From contig CM035361.1 of the NCBI GenBank assembly GCA_020137815.1, positions 5,952,001-6,016,000 of the forward strand: a stretch of 64,000 bases of DNA, read 5' to 3'. The notes beneath the pieces are model-generated. The model ran no database searches and was not told where the DNA came from. It saw nothing but the letters and a program-made list of their open reading frames with translations. Made by a program: the position numbers and the translations under genes. Every line of letters starts with the position of its first letter. Position 1 is the stretch's first letter. Of the stretch, positions 16,978-28,900 are shown in pieces. Origin of the DNA: Hormiphora californensis (Eukaryota; Animalia; Ctenophora).

Positions 16978-19900
16978 TTAATCGGATTCGATATCTGAAA
17001 AATAGGAAACAGAGTTAACACAATGTTTATCCTCCACTGTTATTGTACTGCTGCAGTATAAATACGAATTAGATAAGATTTCAGCTTATAGCTTTACTCT
17101 TTCCAGCAGTATTTTAGCATTATTACCATTATTATTAGCATTATTATTACTGCAGTGCTTATATAGCTGATACAGCAGTGGCCAGTGCTTACAGCTGATG
17201 GACAGAAAGATGGAGGGAGGGTGAAAGAGCTCTCTCGAGAGTAGGGGCGAGAGAGGAATTTCACAACAGTATAGTTAACATACATGTTTTAGCATAACAG
17301 AAGACAGCTATAAATAACATACAATGTTACACAGGCGTAACAGTTACACACAGCTATAACACAACAAGAATGTTAAGAACACCTAGAACTGATATCTTAG
17401 TTATTAATACTAACGACCTAAAAGCCTCTCTTTGTTCTATGCAATCTTCATGAATAATTTAATGAATGCAATGCTAGGTTTGCGGGTTTAAGCGGGGTTT
17501 TAACGGTTAGCATTGCCTCACTAAAGTCACAAAGACAATAGCGGTGTTTCCAGTTTCGTGCATGAGCAAAGCCTGTATCAAACAGGCCGTGTAATCAAAG
17601 TAAAAGACCCAATTATGGTTAGTGTCAACAATAAGCTTATAAACTAAACAATCACAAAGCACGCATATATAATACATAACACAATGGCATTGGACTCTAA
17701 CAAGATAGCGTCCAAGCCTCTCTACTCTACAGTAGCGGGGTTTCTCTACTCTTCTCTTTCTCTTCTAGCTCCAGCTGCTGTGGTGGGCGGTTTGGATCAC
17801 TAGCCTCTCTTTCTCGGCGGACCTTTCGGCTGGCCATCTCTCTCTTTCTCTTCTAGCTCCAGCTGCTATGGTGGGCGGTTTGGATCACTAGCCTCTCTTT
17901 CTCGGCGGACCTTTCGGCTGGCCATCTCTCTCTACTCTTGAGGGTCTGATACCCCCAACACTTGGTCTGAATCGAGTCGATTGTCCTCCTTTTATACTGC
18001 TCCGGGAGAGGCTGATCTCATGATTATTAATTGCCTATTGACGTATTTCCTGGCTGTGGGCCATCCGTGTCTCGTGACTGTGCCAACTTCCGGGTGTGAT
18101 CTGTTCCATTTTATCGAGAAATCGAATGGTCAGTTCAACTCTCTGCATATACGATCACAGTGACCAGCTGCTTTCATATATGTGATGGAGACAAAGTTCA
18201 ACAATTACACAGGCGTCCCTGTGGCAACGCGTTGCTAAATTAACTGCAGTTTAACTTATCTAATCAATTAATTGCTTATTTATATAACTTATCTCTGATA
18301 TCACTTTCATACTCTCAACTTAATATTCTCATTAATTTAGTATTTTCAAAACTTATTATTCATTTTCCATAATTTTTTCTTCTCACCGTACATGTACTTC
18401 ACGCCTGCTAATCATTAAGCTAACTCCCGTTGCGTTAAATACTTCACTATTTGTTATTTTATTATCACTTTATCAGACTCCGTTAATCACTTATGTAACT
18501 ACCATTTGCAACGTTAAATAATTTCTCACAACCTTATCACCATTATAACATTATCTAGCCGGCCGGCATACTTTAAAATCATCACATTATCTTCTTTCCT
18601 ATTATATACATATACATTTTCTCCCTTAGTTAACATATTTCCAACTCTTGTATTAATTTAACTCCCACTTATCTCATTACAGCTTAATTCAACTTTTATC
18701 GGGCTTTGAACTTAATAGGCTAACTTGATCGGAACACAATGCTCATGTATAATACACACACATAATACACCCACATGTATAATACACACACATACACTTT
18801 TCGAAATTATTTTACCCCTCCATTTTCCTATTTTAGCTTCTGGTGTTCTTTCTGTATGGAATAATTTCTAGAACACTAGGTCCACGGACTGAAAAGTAAG
18901 CTAGACCCACCTCTATTGACGAGAACTCTACGAAAGGCTTTACATATTCAGTTCCCGACAACAGAAGCAAATCCACCACCTCGTGCCCGCAACCCAATAG
19001 CTCATTAATTATCCATAATTTAAACATCTACTAACTAGGCCCAAGATTATATTATACAGTATACATATTATTTCAGATTGTTTCAATTATACTTAACTTT
19101 TCAGACATTCAATTGACAAAGTAATTCTTCCTAATTTTCTCCTGACTCAACTTATTTTAACTCGGCAATGATAATCCTAAAAATAAACTTAACTCAACCT
19201 GTCAGGCTAATAAATGCTCTGACAAAACTCAACTAATCTCCTAAACCAATTCAAGCCAGCTCAAACCAATCGTAACTCAATCTCTCACAATTTTAATTTA
19301 CACCCTAACTTAACTTTAAATCCATTCACCAGGACAACCCCTACGGGATAGATGCTCTACGAGAGAATTTACATAGCCAACATCCACCCAAAGGAACTGA
19401 CCCAGCAAATTAAATGTATTTATATGTTCTCATAACTTATATAAAAACTAAAACTATCTAATTTCATGCTAAATAATATTAAATAAGTATTCTAAATGTA
19501 TTTTAAGTTCTTGCTACTATAAATCGCTATTAACACATGTTAATGACCTCATGCTCATCATTACCAACATTTGCTCAAAAATTAAAATTTATAGATCTCA
19601 TAATCTGGTTAAACGGAGTGTAAAAAGAATAACTGATATTGTGACCACTAAATTTGCTTGCTATTTTTTAGAATTAGGCCTTATTTTAAAATTACTTAAG
19701 CACATTAAACTAAACTGAATCTAGTTGAAAGGTGTGTAACAGAATGGATGAATCGTTTACTACTAAAGTGACCACTTATTAAGCTTGCCCTTTTGCCATC
19801 ATTCTTTCATTTCTTTTGCATTACTCAATCACTTGCCCGATCTATGTTCTCATTTGGACATACAATTACCAGGGTTTACTAGATGTAGGTTTCTTGGCCA

Positions 19901-22900
19901 GTTTTGTGTTCTATTTCCAGCCCCACTAGATCTTGTAATCAGCATTGCCAGGCATCACTTCACTCCCATCCTATCTTGGGGCCTCGTTCCCTTCTGTTAG
20001 CCCTACCACTTTTAGAAGTTCATATCGTTGCTCATATCTCAATCTCATCTTTACTACGGCACTTCAACGGTAACAATAAACTCCTGCTTTTTCTGGAACA
20101 GGTATTTTCATCTCATATTATCTGGAAAAGACATCCTCTCCTCTCTGGGGCATATTTCGTTACATCTCCCCTATGTATTAGTAATATACAGCTCCTCTGT
20201 CTAAACGGCACCTCTTCTGCACCGTTGTTCCTCTCACAAGAGCATCTAGGTCTCCTCTCCGAGGAACATCTTGTGTCTTTCCTCTCGGGAGCCATGTCAT
20301 AACATTTCATCTTGAACCTACGTCCTGCCACCCACAACTTGCCTTAAACCTCGTGACATACGTACATATGGGCTCTCCATGCATTTTCCATTTCTTTGTG
20401 CTCGCTGAAATCGGTCTACCACAGTATGGAACCACTTATACTCTTCCGGTTATACTCTTCCGGTTCTTTTTTGGTAACCACTACATCGTCAATCATATAT
20501 ATCCATCATACCTATCATACATTAAATGTCTTCAAGTTGCACACAGGTATATTCAACAGTGTCCCACAGCTCTTTGGTAAGTTTTTATTTCTTTTAATTA
20601 TTGACTAATTTCTATTTATAATTTTTTGTGTGCCATTTCAAGTATTTTCGCAAAATTTAATAAATCTATGATTTTCATTATTTTCATTTCCCTTAATCTT
20701 TTATTAAATGATTGTACAATATCTTGAGGCGTGTCGTTCATATGTTTTACTGTTAGATAGTGTAGTAAGCTATTCATATTTGTTACTGTGATTATATTTA
20801 ATGTGAAATCTGACATAGTGTCCTTTGGATCTATTTTTCCAAAGCACCAAAAACCCCGAAACTTCAACATTTTATTATTATTTACTCCTATATCCCTAAC
20901 TTCTATTCTTTTTGTAAAAGCTATTGCTTCATGCCAGTATAATTTTGCTATTTGTTTAGTAAGATTGACCCACCAGCTAATTATGTATGTAAATGTAAAA
21001 ATATGGTCGTTTAGATCATGTGTTGCTTTATATGCCCATACTGGATATCTACTTGTGATAACTGGCTGTCTAGACTGCACAAACACAAGATCTTTAAAAT
21101 ATATTGATTTCCTAAATTGCTCTTCATTTGAACTCCAATTTATGTGAATCTCTACATTTTCACCTCGAATTGTTGCTGTTAGTTCCACGCCATTATCCGT
21201 GTATGTCTTATCTGATATTCGAATGTCGCCTGCCTCCCCGAGTGGATCTGGACAGCTCCATGGCTCTAGTTCCCGTCCTTCTATCACACCTATATTTACC
21301 ATTCTATAAAAGTGATTTGTAAAATAGTTGTATGGTTAAATTTTATAATGGTTAAATTAAATCATATGATATTTATATTTCGCCATAGTTGTCTCTTTTT
21401 CAACTTTACTATTATAAAATAATTTACCTCCTGTTTCTACTTCTACCTTTCTGTTCTCGTCTTCTCGAATGTCTTCTCGAATATGGTTTGCATGTTCTGC
21501 AATTGCAATGAATTCTTCTAAAAAACTTCTTATCTGGCTCTTCCGGTCTTTCAGTTGATTTAGGTGATTTAGCAGGTGTATTAACAACATTTGCATCCAT
21601 TAACTGCAATCTTTCCATTTTCTCCTCCATCGTTTGTTGTTCCGCAGATAGTTCTTTGTATGACTGCGATAGAATTTTGTATTGGTCAGTCATATATTTG
21701 TACTGCTCAGTTAGATGGTCCACTTGCTCAATCAAATTTTCACACTGATGACACACCTTACTTGTTGATGGCACAAAGTTGCGGGTAACTCTCAGATTTT
21801 CCACTTGATATTGGTTGTATTCCATCTTTGATTGATACAGTTCGTACTCCATTCTCTTAAGATCATCCCCTGAACTACGTCTCTTCTCCTTCCCTCTAGA
21901 ATCAGGTTGTCTTTTATAATCCATCGCTTTTAAAAGGTTATTGTGTTAGTATGTTCAACTTTTAGGCAAGTTTCTGTTTCAGATTTCTACTTATAATTTT
22001 GTAATCGTATCATTCTCCCTTTTTCTATAATAATTTACATGTCCTATTAGATTTATCTGCTTTCTTTATTTAGCTCTCTCTCTCTCTCTCTCTCTCTCTC
22101 TTGACTAATACTATCTCTATGCTTAATATTCACACCACAATTACCGTCATCTTTTATCCTACTCGCTCTTAATGAGCAGCTTCAATTACTTCACAATTAC
22201 AATACCCAAGCCACGTGACTCGTGAGCCATTTCCTTGTCTAACTATTTTACTCGCCATGTCTTAATCGAATTTGGCTCACTAATTGCTGGGAAATGAACA
22301 TATAAGACCAATCACGCCGTGAGGACACAGTTGCCACTACACGTTATCTTGATTTCAACCATGAATTCCCTTCCGCTTGAAATTATTGAGATGATCCTCC
22401 TATTTTTAGACTGGGGGTCGCTATCGGTTGTCAGCCAAGTCAATCATCGTTTGAGGGAGTTCATTCTTGGAGACAGGACATGTCTGGCAAAAAGATGCGG
22501 CCTAAGGATTTCACGGACAGCATGGTTACTGTTAAAGGGGGTTTCTACCATCGATGACTTTCGTTCTCTTGAGGCCCTACTTCAGGATGACGCTGCTGCT
22601 GATACTATGGATGGTGGCCCCTTGAGGTCAGTGATGTCAAGTTATATGGACGCAAAGGGAAACTGTCTTAAAGCTTTCTTCGTTTTGGCTGAGTTAGGGG
22701 TTCGCCTTGATATAGATGCATGGGTTGAATTCCAATGGGCAATCGCAGGGAACCGGTTTGAAGATGAGTCGCACCTCTTGGCAAATTGTATATGGAAAAT
22801 CGCACACATCGAAAAATGGGACTGCCAGGAGTGTGGCCAATTTAAAGACTGTGTGGGGATGATTTGCCGGGATTGTCAAAGAGAACGAACTACGGCCCTG

Positions 22901-25900
22901 ACTTCATATAGATCCTACGCATAGGTTCTCCTCTCTCTATTGCAAGACCTTATTACCTACTAACAGCTGAAAAGGGCTAGTTTACGGGAGCGCTCTCCCC
23001 TTTCATAAAAAAAACCTCTATTTTCCCCTCTTTCTTTTTCTCCATCTAGATCGTTACTTAATCTCTACTTTCTATTTTTCTATTGTTTTCAACAAATTAT
23101 TCTTTTTAAAGGGATACTGACATGTTCAAAAAATTTTGACTTTTTCAACGATCCTGGGTGTGGTAACTGGTTGGGAGATAAAAATACGATGAGTCGAAGT
23201 GCGAACTCTCTACTCCCTCTCGTTCTCAAGATACAGGGCCCCACCTTTTATCACTTCTTAATTGGTTTGGGTATAGAGGGAGAGCCGTATTGCAAATTAC
23301 ATGTAAACATGAGTATGTTTATCTATCAATATCTCAACTTTCACATGCACGATTTTGATCGGATTTTTTTCTGAAAGTCAGAAATGTTTAAAATTTTTAG
23401 TATTTTCATATGATGTATCAGAATCATAAATGAATCAGTAAATAAACAAGTAAACTTTGCAGTTTGAGGTAAACTGGAGTGAATTGTCAATTAGACCCAA
23501 TTATTATCAATTAGAGCACTTTGCCGACCTCTGAGGACTTGTAAAAGTTGCTCAAGTGATTCAACGTATCAAAATTAGTGTTTAAAGTGCCCTCACACGA
23601 TCTTTTAGCATTTCCATTTGAAAAATGCAATTATTGCCAATTAGACTGAATAATGCTCAATTAGGACACTTTCTTCACCTCTGACGGCTTGGAAAAGCCG
23701 CTTACGTGATTCAGCGTATCAAAATTAGTGGGGATAGTGCTCTCACATGAACTGATAGCATTTTCATGCGATAAGTTACAGTTACGATCACTTAGACCCG
23801 ATTATGCTCAATTAGGGCACTTTCTCCACCCCTGAGCGCTTGCCAAAGTTGCTTATGTGATTCAACGTATCAAAATTAGTCGGGTATAATGGTTTTGCCT
23901 TTTATACCTATTAGTTGCCTAAATTTTTCAGTTTATACTCTCCTAGGATACAGTATTCATTTCAGGGCTGAATAGTTAGTAACTATTGAATTTTTTATTG
24001 ACTATGGGCTAAATATCAACAATTAGTGTGAATAATTGAGCAAATCCAGCAAAATCTGAATGACATTAGTTACTGAATACCATGATAATATCGTTCTAAG
24101 AAAGCATACATTTCAAATAAATCATGGTCTTGCTTAGGTATAGTTCTAGCTATTCATGACAAGACTAGAGACAAACGGAAACCAAAATCGAAAACTAGAA
24201 GTGGTCTAAAAGTTTTCAGAAAAAACCCGGTCAAAATCGCATGTGTAGTAGCTGAGATAATGACATATAAACAGGCTCGTGTTTACCTGTAATCTGTAAT
24301 GCTGGTCTCCTCCTCTTACCCAAACCAATTAGTGGGTGTTAATATTTGGGACCCTATATCTTGAGAAGTAGAGGGAGTAGAGAGCTCGGACTTCGACACA
24401 ACACATTTTTTCTCTCAGATGATTTGATTGAGCTATGTTTTTATAAAATTTGTGATGGTCGATTTGAACATGTCAGTATCCCTTTAATGAGCTTCTATGT
24501 AATTTCCTTTCTTGCCGTGATATCTAATTTCGCCTGTACGTCATATGTGACACACATGTTTAGATTGTACAGTAGAGCTGGTTGCTTTTTTGATGCTATT
24601 ATCTTACGTATATTTTCTATTTTATTAATTTCTTGCCACTCAGAATGAATGTTATCAAGATTCCCTTCTGATGATCTCCAAATCAAACCGTCAGCCGTCT
24701 GCAGAAGCTACCAATCTCCGTCTGCAGGACCCACCAATTCGTTCTACTAGAATGACCAATAGGCGTCTACTTGAATGACCAATTTCTTGTATTTGATATT
24801 TCAAATATATTGGAGAATCCGAATCCTTAGCAGGAGCCACCAACTAGTCTCTACAGGACCCACCAATTTATCTCTGTCGGAACCACCAATTTTCCTCTAC
24901 AGGAGCCACCAATTTCTGTGTTTGATATTTCAAATATGTTGGAGAATCCGAAAATATTAAATTTTCAACTTGATGTTTAAATACAGCCCAGATGTCGAGG
25001 ATATTTTTCGCTTTATGATAGACACTACAATGTAAAACGAGGGACCGGAATCAGTCATATCTCCTGTAGATGCAGTTCGAGCTTGTGGCGGATGTTCGTC
25101 AGAGAGTGGAATTTCCGAGCGATATAGGCACTTAACAAGACATTATGAATGTCTCGAGAGTATGGATATCTGTCAAACAAATATCAGTTTCTGTCTCAAG
25201 AGTTTGAATATCTAATCGAGCAGAAGAACTGTCTAAAAGTTAACGAGGACGTGAATAATACATCCAGCCCAGCTTCTGAAGTTACCAAGTTTTGTGTGTG
25301 TTATTTTACTAGATTGACCATAAAATGTTATTCAACCAATTGATTTATTTTGAGCTTTGCATTTCCATAAATTGAACCACTTTGTCATTTTTTTACTACT
25401 ATAAAAGGGCCATTATTGCTTTCACTATTACCTATGTGTTGAGATCTCCAATTTCAACTTCTATCCTCTCAGGAACGCACTTTCTTTCTCGGAATTTGCA
25501 TCATCCTATGGTTCTCTCTTCAAGATCTGTATCATTCTCTAACCGATGCTTGGGAATTTCGATTTGACTGGATATTAGCTGTTGTTGCCCAGAATCAAGT
25601 TCATCTTTCCATGGCTCGCAGCCAGAACGTCTGTACTGCAACTTGTATTGACTCTCTTCATGTGCTATGATCTCCTTCATCTTGAACCTCATACTTCCTG
25701 GTACTGGGTTTACTATCGCTATCCATAACTTGACTTGCGCCTCCCCTTCTATAGAAGATTTGCCAGGGGCAGTTGCCGGAGGGATGCAATGGGACAGTGG
25801 TGAAGGCTGTAGAGGCCATGTACTGCTAGTTTCTTTCCCACAAAACAGTCTTTGAATGATATCACGGCCATAATGGTAAATAGATGAACTCCATCCTTGC

Positions 25901-28900
25901 ACTTGAAGAAGTTGACAAAGTCACATGCGTGTCCATCTCTCTGTGTTCGCCTTCTACACCTCTTCACCTTCTCGGAAACCTTCGACTTAGCGCCATCAAG
26001 ATTCTAATGCAAGCGTTGTTATTCTGGCTTTGAAATTATGCTGAAGGATTAAACTTCCTGGACCAGCTTTTAAGAATTCAATGTGGCCCTGTAGTAATGA
26101 GTGGGTGCTGATGTACATAGATAATTTTGCCGAAGGGTGAAATTCTAGAAAGTACCCTAGACACTAAGCTATCCTATTAAGTTTACTGAAAGTATCCTGT
26201 GCATATTGAATTTTCTCACACTGCAAAGATATTCTATGCCCTATTTTATTACTAACTGGTACTCTATCAATGTCAGCAATCAACATATCTATTTTTGGCA
26301 CAACCCTTATTAGGATATTTAAAATCAATTTTTTAGTAATTTACTGCAAGCCACAATTTACATTGTTCACGAATTTTAGGACTCAAATTTTATTACTATT
26401 CCAGATTCCAGACTCAGTTCATTACTATTACAAATTTCAAATCCAAATGTCGTTTACTATTTAACACTTTCGATCGAGCAAATAAGCACTGATTTTGGCT
26501 GATTACTAATTATATGGTGAAGAAAAGTTCCAACACCGAAGCCACCATGTTGCAATGCTAGGTTTGCGGGTTTAAGCGGGGTTTTAACGGTTAGCATTGC
26601 CTCACTAAAGTCACAAAGACAATAGCGGTGTTTCCAGTTTCGTGCATGAGCAAAGCCTGTATCAAACAGGCCGTGTAATCAAAGTAAAAGACCCAATTAT
26701 GGTTAGTGTCAACAATAAGCTTATAAACTAAACAATCACAAAGCACGCATATATAATACATAACACAATGGCATTGGACTCTAACAAGATAGCGTCCAAG
26801 CCTCTCTACTCTACAGTAGCGGGGTTTCTCTACTCTTCTCTTTCTCTTCTAGCTCCAGCTGCTGTGGTGGGCGGTTTGGATCACTAGCCTCTCTTTCTCG
26901 GCGGACCTTTCGGCTGGCCATCTCTCTCTTTCTCTTCTAGCTCCAGCTGCTATGGTGGGCGGTTTGGATCACTAGCCTCTCTTTCTCGGCGGACCTTTCG
27001 GCTGGCCATCTCTCTCTACTCTTGAGGGTCTGATACCCCCAACACTTGGTCTGAATCGAGTCGATTGTCCTCCTTTTATACTGCTCCGGGAGAGGCTGAT
27101 CTCATGATTATTAATTGCCTATTGACGTATTTCCTGGCTGTGGGCCATCCGTGTCTCGTGACTGTGCCAACTTCCGGGTGTGATCTAATATGGTTCATTA
27201 TAGGAATATGTAATATTCCAACATTAACGAAATAATAAGTACATAGTTTAATAAATATTTTAATGAATAATATTACGCTAACTTTGAAAAAGTGTTAACT
27301 CAAATACTACAATCAAACAATTTAGGGGAAATAGTTATGCCCAAATCTCAGGTTCAGGTCACAGATATTTACCCCTGAGATCTCTCATTTCAGGTCTCGG
27401 GGTTTTTCTTGGCTATTCCCTGAAATGTTCCTGAAATCTCAGGGAATAGCCGTCACATACCCCTGAGACCTGAGGTCTCAGCTGGGTAATTACCCGTGAC
27501 CTGAATCTTCTAAACCTGAGATTCAGGTTCGACTGTGTTCCCCAGTATAACCAGTAGGTTATGATAGCTGAAGCGACAACTTACCACAATATGGACATGC
27601 ATACTGTGAGTCTCTAGCCATCTTGCAGGGACAAATATCACATTCCTTTGATGTTCTGTGGTAAAACTCGCCTTTATCTGTTTCACATTGGGCTGAAATT
27701 AGAAGGTTGGGTAAAATTAATAATATTGAACGTCAGCATTTGTATAGCATCCATAACCTTCCCAATTTTTGTCTTGCTCAGATCTCATTCAAAATAACTT
27801 GTTATTTGTATGAATGTATAAGCTGTTATATGTCTGAAAATGTCTGATATAAATCCTGTAACTGCAGCAGTCTTGCAATGGTAGTCATGCACCAATTAAA
27901 ATAACTCATATGTACCTGCAAAATTTATCTTCACGGTCAAAGTAACACCTAAACTTGCAGCGTCATCAAAGTTAAGGGTACAGGTTATTGTTGTTACAAC
28001 GGCTCCATTGATACCACTATCTCCAGGCAACTGTAAAGAATTGAACAATGTCAGAAATTGTTAGAAGTGCACTCATATTATATGTATTACCAAACCAACA
28101 TTATCCCTTGGTGACTCAGTTACCCTTACAACTCGCGCGCGTAGCACGCCAAAACGAAGCCAGCGGGCTGATTTGTAGAGAGGTGACGGCGCCACCAACA
28201 TTATCCCACCATATATAGGAATCCCTAAAAAAGTTCAGTATTTACACAACGTTTACACCAGTGCGCTGTGATTGGCTGAAATTTCTGACGATGGAGAATT
28301 TATGCCAATCACAGCACAGATTTCGAAAATTTTCTTCCCACGTTACCATGGGAAAAAACCGTAATGGCTGAACCGGTGTAAACGCTGTGTAAATACTGAA
28401 CTTTTTTAGGGATCCCTATAATCCGACTAAGTGTTAGTAGATGTGGTGATTAAACATATTGAAATGATACTTACTGTGAATTTGCTGTCACTGAATGCCA
28501 CTTCCGGTGTTAGAGCACCAAATGTACAAGTTGATGAATCTTTGATGTCAATATACTTATCATTTCCGTAAATAGGAGTCAAATCGATGGGTTCTGTGAG
28601 CGTGTAGAAGAACCCGTCGTTGATATCCGTCGGATCGGACAGAAACAATTCTAAAAAGTTCACGAATTAAGTGAGTCCTACTTGATACGTTCTAACCTCT
28701 CGAATATTTAATAATTTAAATCAGATTTTGTTGAAGCGAACTTACCAATTTTCTGAAGATAAACCTGAGCAGAATCTGTCGCCTCAGCATTATCAGGATC
28801 AGTCGGATCATACACCTTCACCACACACTTGTACGACTTGGTTTCCTCCAAGTTGACAGGCGGGCTAAATGTCACACTAATGGAGTTAGCAACTACCGCC

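Larger units (their letters stand above)
17467..27223 (-). mobile_element. 9.76-kb non-autonomous LTR-type element (LARD-like) with cargo ORFs and no recognisable gag/pol
   Basis: 636-bp direct repeats 17467-18102 and 26551-27186, identical by eye; right repeat extends to TGTTG...CAACA termini (26548-27223) and is followed on the minus strand by PBS-like TGGTGGCTTCGGTG; empty site visible in the paralog at ~52350-52375. Confidence 0.8.

Noticed and set aside
25501-26290. Degenerate gag after the PBS
   Set aside because: Fragmented ORFs with no CCHC knuckle or other recognisable gag feature; needs a profile search
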